From assembly GCA_013239625.1 (NCBI GenBank), contig MU054338.1, positions 2,978,977 to 3,042,976 on the forward strand: a DNA stretch of 64,000 nucleotides. The letters run 5' to 3'. A program made the translations under genes and the position numbers. Shown here in pieces: positions 24,868 to 37,921 of the stretch (position 1 is the stretch's first letter; every line of letters starts with the position of its first letter). The stretch is from Lama guanicoe (taxonomy: Eukaryota). Under the pieces are notes generated by a model that was given only the letters and a program-made list of their open reading frames with translations, searched no databases and was not told the DNA's origin.

Positions 24868-26689
24868 TGGAATGCTACACAGTCATAAAAAAGAATAAAA
24901 TAACACTATTTGCAGCAACATGGATGGACCTAGAGATCGTCATTCTAAGTGACATTAGCCAGAAAGAGAACGAAAAATACTGTATGATATCACTTATATG
25001 TGGAATCTAAAAAAAAAGACACAGACGAACTTATTTACAAAACAGAAACAGACTGAGACATAGAAAACAGACTTATGGTTACCAGAGGGGAAAGAGGGTA
25101 GGAAGGGATAAACTGGGAGTTGGAGATCTGCAGATATTAACTACTGTATATAGAATAGTTGAACAACAAGTTTCTCCTGTACAGCACAAGGAACTAGATT
25201 AGTAGTTCCTATAATGTAGTAACCTATAATGAAAAAGAATACGAAAACAAATGTATGCATGTATATGAATGGCTGAAACATTTTGCTGTACACCAGAAAT
25301 TGACACAACATTGTAAACTGACTATACTTCAATTAAATAAAATAACTCTGAAATTAAAAAAAAATAAAGACTTGTGGAGATGGAAAAAAACCCATTTTAC
25401 AGTTGGGCAGACTGACGCTCAGAGCGGTTATGTGCCCATGTGTCTCACCACTTCGCTACACTGCCTCTCTGTCTGGATCTGTGGGTTGTGAGTTTGCATG
25501 TGTTTGAGTGTTTGCATGCATCTTGATGTCACCAGGTATATAAAGATGAAACATACCAGGGGCTTGCACGGGCCTGGGAGGGGGCCCTGGGCCTGAGGTC
25601 AGTGGGCCCCCCAGTCCTGGAGGCTAGAGACAGAGAGCAGGTGGGCAGCAGGCCCCCTCTGATGAGGCAGAAGTTCCTGGAGCAGGGCTCCCTCCCACCT
25701 GCCACGGCCTGGCCCTGGTCCAGCTGCCAACCTCGGGAACTTGAGTCCCCCTGGGGGATGCAGGCAATCAATTAGAATTGGCAGCACCCGCCTAAGTAAA
25801 AGGCTTGTTTTAATGCGAAGGCCAGAGGGCTGCTGTGAGCGGCAGGCAATACGCTGAGACAGGCCGGGCCAGGGTTATGGGTTCCCGTGGCCACCAGTCC
25901 CCACCTGCCTGCCAAGTCCATGAGACCCTGTGCATGCTCTTAATCTGTGTATCATCATCAGGCCAGAGATATTTACAGATCTGCGTAGAGCAGCCTTCAA
26001 ATCTTGTAAGCTACTAACATTTATTGGACACCAACTGTGTGCTAGGTAAGGACACAGCAGGGACAAGACACACCCTGGCCCCAGAGCCTCTCAGTCTAGT
26101 GGGAGTGACAGACATCACCAGGTAACCCACACAGGGTAGTGAGGGCTGTGATGATGCCACACAGGCAGCAGTGGGGACAAAAGGAGACCTGAATTACTGG
26201 CTCCTTAGTACCAGGCCCCCTGCTGGGGGTCCTGGGTTCACCATAATGGCCAAGATTGATTGGGGCCCCGTTTTCCTGCCACTCACAGTCTCATTGGAGT
26301 GACAGACTTGAAACCAGGCAATTACAACTTAGGGTCATGATGAGGGACACCCAGGCATTTGAGGGGTGCAGTTGAGGTACCTGGACCAGCTTGGGGATCA
26401 GAGAAGGCTTCTCAGGGCAGGGGCCACTGAAGTTGAGACTTGAAGGCTAAGTAAGAGTGGGAAGAGTAGAGAACATGGTCCAGGTAGGGGTGTAGCATGT
26501 GCAAAAGGCCTGGGGTCAGAACCAGAGGAAGGATTATTTTTAAGAACTGAAGCAGAGAATAAGATGTTGGTAAAGGCCCAGCCCTGTATGGGTGGGTCTG
26601 GTTTATTATTCTGAGGGCTTTTGGGGGGGATTTGTTTTCCTGGTAAACTTTTTTTCTACTATTTGACTTTCAAGCTTATCTGCATCATT

Positions 26690-27540
26690 CTTTTAAAAAA
26701 TATTTTATTACGGGAAATTTCAAACATGTATAAAAGCAGAGAAAATAATACAGTGCACCCCCCACGTACCCATCATCGATGCAACATTAATCAATTCATG
26801 ACTGATCTTGTTTCGTCTCTTTTGAAGAAAATTCCAGATTCATATAATTTATACATACATAGATCAGTTTGTATCTCTAAAAGCTAAGGGCTCATGGTTA
26901 AAAAATTAACAGTATTTTCATAATATCATCAAATATACCATCCGTCTTTAAATTTCCAATTATATTTTAAAAAATCATAGTTTTTTTCTATAGTTTGAAG
27001 CCAGATCCAAATACTATTCTCACACAAAACTGGTTGACTTCTCTTTATGTGTCTTTCAGTCTATAGGTTCTGATCCGTCCCTTTTTCTTTTTTTTTTTCC
27101 CTTGCAATGTATTTATTGACAATACAGCATTCTGTTTCAAGTGTGTGTTCTCAAAAGAACATAGTGCTGGATTTGGGGATTTTTTTGTTGCTGTTTCTAC
27201 ATATCTAACCTGAGAGTCCATGTCTTTCAAGTGTAAGTTTAACCTGTTAATAGTTATTGCATTTACAGATGTATTTGGACATATATCCATCACTTTATTT
27301 TATTGTGTTTTCTATTTAATGTAATTTTCCCCCCATTGCTTCCTTTTTATCTTCTCTTTAACCTTCTGAATTTCTGGGATTTTCTTTATTTCCTTTTTCA
27401 TTCCCTCTTGTGATTTAAAATTATTCATTCTATTTCTGTCCTCTGAGTAGCTGCCCTTATACTTAAAGAAAAAACATTCATTCTTAGGTTATCATAGCAG
27501 AAAGTTAATCAACGTCTCCTTGCATCTCTCAGCAAGACAA
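26690..27540 (-). mobile_element. Old L1 (L1ME-like) fragments
   Basis: AT-rich block; ttttattacgggaaatttcaaacatgtataaaagcagagaaaataata is typical of antisense L1ME 3' ends. Confidence 0.6.
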
Positions 27541-28409
27541 GATCTTAGGATTCATGCATCCCCGAGCCTGCTCCCTTCCCCTCCACACACACGCACACAC
27601 GTGTGAGCATGTCGTTCTTGCTGGTCTTTGAGCCCTGCCTTGGCACACCCAAGGCCGGGAGTGAGGGAGAGGTGCCCATGTGGGTCACCAAGGCCTGCAG
27701 AAGTGGTCAGAGAAGTGGAGTTGGATTCCAAAGGCCCTAACTCTCTGACTTCAGGCAGTTCCTGCTATGGGCCTCAGTTTCCCCATCTGTAGAAAAGTGT
27801 TGAGTCCCTCCTGCATCTGAGGATTATGACCCCCACCTTCCCGCCCTCATCTTGGTTCCCACCACTCAGGCAAAAGACTGTGCAGGGGACTAGGGTGCAG
27901 TACTGAAGTGAGGGGAGGGGGCTCCAGGCGCTCGCAGGAGACGCTAATGTCATTATTTACTTCACTGAGCTAAATAATCTCGGGAATTGCTCATCAGGGC
28001 CTGATAATTCGATTAGATTTCACGCACAATTAGGCCTTCAGGGCTGAGGCATTCGTTGTTCAGGGAAGAAGCCAGGCTCCCTGCCAGAGAACTCAAGGTG
28101 AGGGGGCAGCAAGGGGGGCACCCAGCCCCAGGGAAGGGCCAGTATGCAGGCCAGGGGGGGTCTGGATGCCCCTACCAGTGGGGCCAGCTGGAGCTGGAGT
28201 CGAAGACCCATCAGTCAAAGCCAATTTGGCATCGTTCATTGATTAGTTGATTCACATTTGGAGAATTTATTTTTTTTCTTTTGACACACAAAGTCCAGAG
28301 GATGCTATCACGTCGGGACCAACCTCCACTGATGAACCCAAGTTAAGGTTTTGTCACTTTTGCCTGAGATTTTTGGTTTTCTTCTTCCGTGGAAGAGTTC
28401 AGAATGATC

Positions 28410-28665
28410 ACTTTAAAATCTAAGCCACAGCCATCCCTCCTCTGCACACAGCCCTCCAGGGCCCCTGTCTTTCTCAGGATAAAAACAAGTCCTCCTCTGG
28501 GCCCACAAGGCCCTGCACAACCTCCCCTCCTCTCCTCCCTCTCTCCCCCTCACTCACTCTGCCACACGCAGGCCTCCTCACTGTTCCTCCAACACACCAG
28601 ACATAGTCCTGCCCCAGGGCCTTTGCACAGGCTGTTCCCTCTGCCAAGAATGACTTTCCCCCCAA
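28410..28665 (+). mobile_element. L2-derived repeat, copy C
   Basis: cctcctctgcacacagccctccagggc...cccacaaggccctgcac...cagggcctttgcacaggctgttccctctgcc. Confidence 0.8.
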
Positions 28666-30649
28666 ATCTTTTCTTCCTAGTGATTGGTCACCCATTTAGC
28701 CTTTGATGCTGCTGCTCCAAGCCCCTCTTCTGTGCAGCCTTAATTCTCCCAGTCTCCTCTCCCCCTTTCCCTCTGAGCAACCTCCACCCCCATCCCCCAC
28801 TCCCTTCCACCCCAGCCTGACCACAGGGCCTGTGGACTGGTCTGTGGGCAACCATCTGGGCTCCAGCACCTGCCCAGGTACCCAAAGATAGCTGCTGAAA
28901 GAAGACAAAACAGCAGTTGAAACATGTGTGATCCTATTGTTACTGAGTCTAAGGCTGGCTGGGTCTCCCTGGCTGATCTCTGTGATTCTCTCTCCATCTC
29001 TCCTAATCTGTGCCAATCTCTGTTCCCTGGTATGTCTGGGTGTGTCTTCGCATCTCTCCCTCTCTCTGGCTGTGTTCCCTTTTGTCTCTGTCCCTCCCAT
29101 GGGGTACCTGCTGCATTCACTGCCTCTCTCAACGTCCCCCACTTCCCTCGTCCTCAGCCGCCTCCTGCCCTCTCTCCCTCCTTCATCCCCCTCTACTCCT
29201 CCTTTGCAGTTCCCCCCCACTGCACCTCCCTCATTCTTCCTCCCCTCCTCTCTGTCCTCCCCTCCCCCAGGACACTGGGGACCCATTACCTCTCTGTCAC
29301 TGGCCACAGGTGGGAAGATGGTCTGCTCTCTCTCCATCAGCTCCCTCCCCCCATCTCTTTGCCTCTCCTCTCTCCTCTGGCTTTGCATTTCAGTCTTTAT
29401 TAGCAGGGATCTCAGACATGCTGGGTGCTCTCCCTCAGTGCTGCCCGTCTCTGAGCTCCACATTCCCCTTCTTTGCTGGGCTGGGTCCCCCCTCTATTTC
29501 TGGGTCCCTCCATCTGCTCCCTACCTCCCCAGGTACTCAACTTAGAGCTGGGAGGCGGAACTGAAATGTACCCCGTGGCCTCACCTTCTCCCTGCCTGGC
29601 TGCGAGTGGGGGCGAGGGGGACCAGAGAAGGAAAGGGTCCTCCCCAAGGTCACACAGCACCTGGCCTGGGACCCCCTGGGCCTCAGGTGCGAGTCCAAGC
29701 GGGGTCCATGCTTGCTGTGTCCCCCTTGGTAGTTCAGCTTCCTCATCTGCATGGGGACAATGAGAGTGCCACCTCACTGAGAAAGTGGAATCAGGGGACC
29801 TCTGCAGACTCGGATTTTCCCGGGAGGTGAAAGCAGACGAGGGAGGGGCTGGCCTGCTTTGGACCCGCAATTTTGTTCAGAAAGGGTGGTGGGGGTGCAG
29901 GTCTTGAGGGGAGGTGGGCTGGGGGGATGAGCTGGTCTGTTCTACCCCAGGAAAGGAGTGTGGAACTGGGGGGCTAGAGTGACGTCAAGAGCACCAGGTT
30001 CCCTAGCAACAAAGATGAAGCTGACAGACAGGGTCAAGGCCACTGATGTCTGGGGAAGGGGGGCGCATTTAAGAAAAAGGAATTCATATTCAGGGTTTTC
30101 TGGGGGCAGGGCAGACATAATCAGAGAATCTGTGTGTTACACAAACTCATTTGTTCAGTGCATCTCTATTGAGCACCTACTGTGTGTTACGTGACTGGAA
30201 CACAGTCACGAACAAAACAGACAGAAGTCCTCACCATTGTGGATCCGCACTGGGAAAGAGGACTCACAAGATGAATATATAAGGTCATGTGATGAGCTGA
30301 GATGTGGATGAAACAAAGTAGGGTGTGGGGCTGAGGGAGGGGGGGGCTATTTTAGACAGAGGGTGGTCAGGGAGGGCTCTCTGAGGAGGTGGTGCTTCAA
30401 CATAGACCTGAAGGAGATAAGGGAGGGAGCCATGCAAAGCCATGAAGGAGGAGCATTCCAGGCACAGGGCACCACACGTGCAAAGGCCCTGAGGGAGGGC
30501 CGTACTGAACTATGAGGGCTGTTTATATAAATAGAAAATACATGTTTCAAGAGAAATAGGATAACATTCTAAATTAAAAACCCCCTATGACTTTTAACAG
30601 CTGTGTTGTATTCCATAGCATGGGCCTAAAGGGATACCCTTAATAAAGC

Positions 30650-31135
30650 CTCCATTCTAGAATGACCCTCCAAAGATCCCCGCCTCCTGCTTTATCACCC
30701 ACTGTGTAAGTTCCTCCAATGGGACTTGAGGATGCCTGCGACTCACTACTAAACAATAGAATATAGCAAAAGTGATGAGACGGTACTTCTGAGATTAAGT
30801 TACATGAGATTGTAATGCTGTTTTGCAGTTTCTCTCTCTTTCTCTCTGTCTCTCCCTCTTGCTCTTCTCACAAGCCTGCCCTGACGGAGAAGCCCACCCG
30901 GAAAGACTTGGAACGCCACCAACACACACCTGGCCAGGCTGGACAGCGAGCCCGCCCTGGTCACACTTCTGGATGAGACTGCGACCCCAGCTGTCTCCCT
31001 GAACGTGGCCTTGTGAGTCGCTGAAGCAGGGTGCCCGGCTAAGCCACACCGGGTTCCTGACCTGCAGAAACTATGGGGTGGTGACGTGTGCTGCTTAAGT
31101 CTTTACGTTTGGAGTCATGCCTTGTGCCGCCAGAG
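30650..31135 (+). mobile_element. MaLR LTR (MLT1-type)
   Basis: aaacaatagaatatagcaaaagtgatg...gctaagccacaccgggttcctgacctgcagaaactatg...tgctgcttaagtctttacgtttggag. Confidence 0.75.
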
Positions 31136-32869
31136 ATGACCAAGCCAGCGCATGCGGCTTCTTCAGGATGGAAGGCAGGTTTCTCGGTGGGGAGCACAGA
31201 GTGGGGCGGGGAGTGGAGTCTTGCTGGTAGGGCAGTGGGGAACCACGGGTGTTTGGGGGCACCATGGGATGGGATGAATCTGGGTTTTCGCTTGGTCATT
31301 CCGGTTATGGCTGGGTGGGGACAGAGCTGTCAGAAGGCAGGACTGGAGGAGGTGGGGGACCCCAGATGGGATCCCAGAAGTCTCCTGTCCCAGCAGCCCG
31401 GACTGTGTAGTTGCCCAGACAGTTTTACATCTTCTTCATCCTCCAAATCCCCATCTCTCTGCCCTACTCCCTCTGCCGCTGCCCGTGATGGAAAATGGAA
31501 TTATATTTTTGTAACTTCTTGTTTTTCCTGAAATGAGTTCCATGTGCACTGGGCTAAATTTAAAATCAGATGGATGCAGGGTGATTGTGCTCACTCTCGT
31601 TCCCCTTGGGAAAAAATAAACGCCTCTATCCAGGTGCTGTTTCCCACAGGGGTGGGGGGCGGGGGGGGGCGTTTTCGCCGAGGAGTGACAGGGCTGAATT
31701 GGCACCTCTGGAGTTCCCCATCATGGCCCCGGTCACCCTGCATGGCAACCGCCTGCTTACAGGTCTGTTGCTTCCTCAGGACCTCCGCGTTTGCTGTTCT
31801 CTCTGCCTGGCACACCTTTCCCACACATCTCTGGGGACAACTCACCCTTCAGCTCAAATGTCACCTCCTCTGAGAAGCTCTCCCTGACTAACCAGCTCAA
31901 AAAGCTGCTTGGTTGATTCCTATTTCACCATCTTCTGGCATTTTCTTTATGGCACTTGCCACCACCTTAGGCAAATTCTCTCAGGCGAATGATGGCAGTT
32001 CATTCAGTACAATTAAGCGAACCAGGTCTTGGGTACCCAAGTTGTCCCAAGTCCAAACGACAGGCTGGCAGAGGCCTGTCCGTCCCCCTCACCTCTGTGA
32101 TTCTCCCCGAATACCTCATTACCACTCAGCCAACAGGTGTGAGTGGCCACTGCTCTAGACCATGTATCCAGTGGTCCCCGACACCGTGTGCATGTGAGAG
32201 TCACCTGGGGAGCTATTAAATCCTGCCACCCCCTTCCAGCCGGCCCCTGCCTGCCTGAGATTCTGGGTTCATTGGTCTGGAACTGGTGACTGGGAACATG
32301 ATTGAAATGTGCCACCAGGGTGTAGAACTGACCCTTCTAGGTTTTATTTCCCAAAAAGACCAAGCTCACCACTGCCTCTAGGTCTTTGTGAAGATGGTGC
32401 CTCTGCCTAGAACGCCCTCCCACTTCCTCCCCACTTATTAAGTCCGCTTCGACTTTCTCCCTTCCTTATAATCATTTATTTTTAATTTTGAAAGAAGCGA
32501 AAAAGAGAGGAAAGTGCAAAGACGAATATAGCAAACACCTGTATATCTCCCAACCAGGGCTGACAGTGAATGGTTAACACTTGTTGTATTTGCTTCAGTT
32601 ATTTAAGAAACAAACACAATGTTTGAATGTTTGTGTATGTACATACTCTAAAGCGCACGTATTCATGAACAGCGAATAGGATTATGTTGTGTGTTAAAAA
32701 ATGTGAATGTACTCATATGGCAAATGTAATTCTGCAACTTACTTTTTTCACTCAGTGTATTTTTAACTGTCTGGGTTCAGATTCAAGCTCTGCCGTGTGC
32801 AGGCTCTGTGACTTTGGGAACATTACTTAACCTCTCTGTGCCTCAGTTTCCTCACTATCTATTGAAGAA

Positions 32870-33372
32870 TAACAAAATACTTTGAAACGTAACAGCTTAA
32901 AACAACAAATATTGATTATCTCAAACACTTCTAAGGGGCAGAAATCTGAGCGTGGTTTAGCCAGGTGGTTCTGGCTTGGGGTCTCTCATGAGATTGCAGT
33001 CAAGACATTGGTTGGGGCTGCATCATCTGAAGGCTTGACTGGGGCTGAAGGAACCACTTCCAAGGTGGTTCACACCCATGGCTGCTGGCGAGAGACCTCA
33101 GTTCCTCATCATGTGGACCTCGCCATAGTGTGGCTTGAACATCCTCACAACACAGCAGCCGGCTTCCCCACCCTCTCCCCACCCTCCATTGCTTGTGTGG
33201 GCCAAGGAGGAAGCCAGAGTGCCTCAAACGGTCTAGTCTTAGAAGGCACACATTGTCACTTCTGCCTTGTTCTATGCACTAAAAGCAAGTCACTAAGTCC
33301 AGCCCATCCTCGAGAAGAGGGGAATTAGGCCCCACTCCTTGAAGAAATCGTCAAAGAATTCATGGACATATT
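32870..33372 (-). mobile_element. MaLR LTR (MLT1F-like)
   Basis: cttaaaacaac...ggctgcatcatctgaaggcttgactggggctgaagga...gtcactaagtccagccca. Confidence 0.8.
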
Positions 33373-33373
33373 T

Positions 33374-33568
33374 CGTTTTTAACATTCTTTTTTGAAAATT
33401 TTATAAAGGTTTTTTTTCTTTTAGTTTAGGGTTTTTTTTGGGGGGGTGCAGGGGGAGGTAATTAGGTTTATTTATTTAATTTTTTTTTTAATATAGGTAC
33501 GGGGGTTTGAATCCAGGACCTTGTGCATGTTAAGCATGCACTCTACCACTTGAGCTATGCCCTCCCCC
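33374..33568 (-). mobile_element. Vic-1-like SINE
   Basis: Reverse complement of the tRNA-Ala head plus a T-rich tail. Imperfect TSD catggacatattt / catggatgtattt. Confidence 0.86.
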
Positions 33569-33846
33569 CATGGATGTATTTTAAAGCTGCTACATTTGGA
33601 AAATACAGACAGTAACACTCCCTCCTTTTTAGTGGGTGCTTTTGGGCAGTAGCTTCAGGGTCATTTTCTAAGGAATGCTTTGTGTTATCACACATAAAGT
33701 GCTTAGCACAGTGCCTGGTACATTGTAGGTGCTCAATAAATGCTGGAAATCATTACTGTACAGACCAAATTACTTCCTTTTTGACTGGTCTACACTATTT
33801 CATTGTTTGAATATGACTTCATTTAATTATCTGTTCTCTTTGTGGA

Positions 33847-33907
33847 TTTTTTTAACATTTTTTATTGATTTATAATCATTTTACAATGTTGTGTCAAATT
33901 CCAGTTG
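33847..33907 (-). mobile_element. Very short 5'-truncated young L1 3' end
   Basis: Poly-T followed by aacattttttattgatttataatcattttacaatgttgtgtcaaattccagt, between gtggatttttt repeats. Identical to the copy at ~51960. Confidence 0.8.
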
Positions 33908-34119
33908 GTGGATTTTTTTAAGTCAATTTCTGGTTTTGAAGTTTACAAACACTGCTGCCATGAGCAGTCTTTACACATCTCTTTATGAACTAGGCAAAAT
34001 ATTTCTCTAAGGATTATGATTAAAATGGGGTCACTGAATCACTGGATGTACTCACTCAGCATCATCAGTTTTCCTCCACCATCTCTGCATACATCCCCCA
34101 AACATCAGCTCACCTGAGT

Positions 34120-34470
34120 TAATGCCTCAGGGCCTTTGCACATGCTGTTGCCTTTGACGAGAATGCTCTTTCCTCAGGTATCCACATGACTCTCTCCTCA
34201 CTTCCTTTAAATCTCTGCTCAAATGTCACCACCTCAATGATGCCTTCCATGAATACCCTGTCCCTCCAGTAACCTGCTTCATTTCTGGTGAGAGAACTTA
34301 CCTCCTGCCATCATATTATTCATTTTATTAGATTGTTTACTGTATGTATTCCCCACTGGAATGTCAGCCCCATGAGGCCAGGTATTTGTGTCTGTTTCCT
34401 CCGCTGCTGCATCCCCAGCGTCCAGAACAGCACCTGGCACACAGTAGGTGTCCAGTAAATACTGGCTGAG
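34120..34470 (+). mobile_element. L2 3' fragment
   Basis: cctcagggcctttgcacatgctgtt...ctcaaatgtcacc...cctggcacacagtaggtg. Confidence 0.82.
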
Positions 34471-34559
34471 TGGACATCCAGTCTGAGTGGAGCTCTCCAG
34501 GGTGCTGCCTCCTCCTCTGTCCCTCTGGGTTCCATCTTGAGCTCCCCTGAGATGAAATT

Positions 34560-34955
34560 AAGAATTTCACTCCTTCTGGACGCTCTAGGGAAGAATGTCT
34601 CTCCTGCCTTGTCCAGCTTCTAGAGGCTGCCTGCATCCCTTGGCCTGGGGCCCATTCCTCCATCTTCAAAGCCAGCTGAGTCTGGTCAAGTCTTTCTCAA
34701 ACCATTATCAACTCTGCTTTTTTCTTCTGTTGTCACATCTCCTTCTCAGACTGGCACTCCTGACTCCCTCTTATAATAGCCCTTGGGAGGACACTGAGCT
34801 CCCCCAGGTGACACAGCATCACTTCCTCATCTCAAGACCCTTAACCTCATCACATCTGCAAAGTCACTTTTGCCGCATAAGGCGACATACACAGAAGTTC
34901 TGGGGATTAGGACATGGGAGTCTTTTTGAGGGGGAACAATTGTTCTGCCAACCAC
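34560..34955 (-). mobile_element. MaLR LTR (MLT1A/B/C-like)
   Basis: ctctagggaagaat...cagcttctagaggctgcc...ccttaacctcatcacatctgcaaagtc...tctggggattaggacatgg. Confidence 0.82.
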
Positions 34956-35914
34956 AAAGAGATGTGGACATGGATACATTCACTCATTTCACAAACATGT
35001 ATTGAGCACCTACTGTATGCCAAGCTATCCTACGTGCTGGAGACAGCAGAGAACAGGGCAAACAATCATTCTGGCCTTCACGGAATGTAAGTTCTAGGGA
35101 GACAGACAGAGAGGAAGCACAATTAGTGGAGCCCACAGAGGATGCGACGTTGACTACCAGGGAGGGTCTGCCTGAAGGGGTGACATCTTGGCACCTGGCC
35201 CTGGAATCTTGTGGCCAGCATTGCCCGCAGCTGCGTGCCCCTTGGTCACAAATAACATGACTTCAGAAGGTGCTTGGCCGGGTATGAAATAACCTCTAAC
35301 TCCAGCTGCAAAGAGACTCGTCTTAAATGTCATGTCAAGCTTCCTCAAGTCTCAGTTGGGTCCCGGGGGACGGGATGTCTGTAACACCTTTTCCACCCAC
35401 TGATCCACTAATCCCGCCACAGGATCAGTGCCTCTGCAGGCGGCAGGAGCCAATGAGATTCAGATTAAATTGTTTTTTCAGTTACCTTCTACCTAAGATG
35501 AGAATAGATTTTTCTTTCACATTTGTGATGAAGGGAAGAGGACTTTTTAAAAAATCAATACATGTACTGATGTTCCAGATGTGAGCGGGTGTAAAGGAAA
35601 ATTTTTTAAAAGGAAAATGTTAATTAAACAATTATGGGTGCGGAGTAAATGGAAAATGTAAGAAATCATTGGTACAGGTTGCAAAATGTCATCTGTCCAT
35701 TTTACAGATTGAGAAACAGAAGTTCAGGAAAGAAGGACTTCCCATGACCACAGCCCACACGGTGGGCTGAAGGTCTTTCCCCAGGAGGGGAGGGGTGGAG
35801 GGGGCAGAAGATGTTCCATCATCTCCATCCCTTCACCCATCTGTAAGCAGGAGTCTTCTCAACCCTCCTCACCCTCAGCTGATGAGAAGAAGCCCTAAGA
35901 AGATGTTCAAGAAA

Positions 35915-36210
35915 CAGTGTCCCAGGCAGAGGGAATAGCCTGTGCAAAGGCCCTGAGGCAGGACTGTGCCTGGGGTGTTGCAGGAACAGTGAGGAGGCCC
36001 ATTTGACTGGAACAAGTGAGCTGGGGAAAAGAGGAAGGAGGTGAGGACAGGGAGGGGACGGGGAGTCGTGCAGGGCTTTGTGGGACACGGGAGGGACTTG
36101 GGCTTTTACCGCCAAGGAGGTGGGAGCCCTGGAGGGCTGTGGGCAGAGGAGGGGCGGGGCCTGACTCCAGTGCTCACCGTGTCCTCCAGCTGCTGCAGGG
36201 AGAATGCATT
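35915..36210 (-). mobile_element. L2-derived repeat, copy D
   Basis: Reverse complement of the same module; 36116-36149 is identical to 567-600. Confidence 0.82.
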
Positions 36211-37284
36211 GAAAGGGGAGTGCAATGGTCGAGGGGAGACCAGTCCCATCTCTGCCTCTCACTAGCTGTGTGTCCGCAGGAAAGTGAATGCCCTCTCTGG
36301 ACTCCGTTTCCTTATCTGCTAAAGATGGACCTTAACAACTCCCTCTTCTGAGGGCCGTGTCAGAGGCTCTGAATTAATGCTTGGAGGGTGCCTGTTGCCC
36401 CAGATTCTGGCTGGATGTGCTGCTGCTGAGTTATTATCTTATGGTGTCAGGGTTCTGCTCACACACCCTCCCCCAGGTGGGAGGATGAGGTCAGCGGCAC
36501 CCCAGCTAAGGCCCTGATGAAGTCACCAAGACAGACGGGTGGGTGTGAGGACAGCAGTGGAAATAGATTTCCCACCTGCACCCAGTGCCTCCTGGAGAGG
36601 TGAGGATGAGCAAGCCAATGGGAACATCACACATCACAGGCTGTGAGGTGCAGCCCTCAGCACTTTGCTGCCCAGGAGCCCCCTCCTGCAGGAAGCCCTC
36701 CCAGATTGCCTTGACTATCTGAGGTCTTGCAGGAAGATGCTGGCAGGGAGAATCTTGGGGAAATAGTGAGGGACCCCAGAGAGGCTGGCTGAATGGAGAG
36801 AAGGGTAGTCAGAGAGGACCGCAGAAGTGACCAAAGGGTGCGGAAAAGTGCTGAGCAGGACAGGAAGTCAGGTAGGCTTGGGTTGGAATTCTGGCTCAGA
36901 CTCTCACTTGCTTTGTGACTCTAGACAAGTCCTTTCTGGGTTCAGCTTGTTTAGCCACAAAGCAGAGAGAAAAGTCTCCCTAAGTTGCTTAACAAATATT
37001 TAGTAAGCACAGGCAAGCTCTTTCTCCCTCCTGCTGCCTGAGCTCTGGGACCTCTCTTAGGAGGGAAGGTCTGGGGCTCCTTGAGGCCCAGATAAGGAGG
37101 ATGGGGCCACTCTGGCTCCCTGATCTCCCAGCGCAAGGCTGGACACACAAAGGGATGGGGGAATGAAAATGAAATGAATAAATACAATAGTAAGGTTCTT
37201 CATCCTGGAGGTCTGTGGCACTATGAAATTTTTTTCCTGACTCACACCCTCTCACCCTGCCTCTACCTCCATACACACAAAACT

Positions 37285-37553
37285 CCTGCATACATCCTAT
37301 GAAGTGCTAGGAACAAGCTATCTTTGGCTGGATCCAAAGGTTCCAGAAGCTAAAAAGTCCAGGGCCTTCAGGCAGTTTGATCAAAGGCCTCAGAACTCAG
37401 TCTCCTGTGACTCAGCCCTGCTGTCCTCCATTGACTTTTGTGTCGAGCAGCCCCACCTCTCAGACTGACCCTCAGCAGATCCCAGCTGATGTTTCCCCAG
37501 TTTAGAGACTCCTTTCCTGTAAGGATCAATCCTGTCCCGGGGCTGGCTCCCCT
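37285..37553 (+). repeat. Local direct duplication, copy 1 (~265 bp)
   Basis: Aligns end to end with 38649-38914. Confidence 0.95.
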
Positions 37554-37921
37554 TGGTTCACACTGAGCTGTGAGCTGTAGCAGATGCTCTGAGAGCCCGT
37601 ATCTCTGTGGCACTGACAAACATTTACGACACTCTGCTTTGAGCCTTTCTCTCTGCCCAGAGCCTACATTCTTGGGAGCAGCCCTCAGGCGACGCTGGAG
37701 TCGGAGGATGAACACCCAGCTCCCTTGCCCTTGCGGTGGAACAATCCTGCGGTGTAGCCTACGCCACCTCCCAGAAGTCCTCAGCACGGCTGAGCCTCAG
37801 CTGGCTCGTGGCACACCACCTATTGGTTGCCTTCCCTTCCTCACTTAATTTTCTGCTCTCCTACTGGTGCTAAGCAGACCCCAAGATAAGGTTTTAGCTG
37901 CAGAGTGTTTATCTGGGAGGT

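Larger units (their letters stand above)
24590..25370 (+). mobile_element. LINE-1 3' end (ORF2 tail plus 3' UTR), interrupted by a SINE and a (TA)n microsatellite
   Basis: cagcagcactatttacaatagccag...acatggatggacctagag...gacacaacattgtaaactgactatacttcaat with an A-rich tail. The degenerate peptide FAATWMDLEIVILS is typical of the L1 ORF2 C-terminus. Confidence 0.9.

Noticed and set aside
28696..29564. Stack of 130-255 aa ORFs
   Set aside because: Caused by the CT/GA-skewed low-complexity tract.
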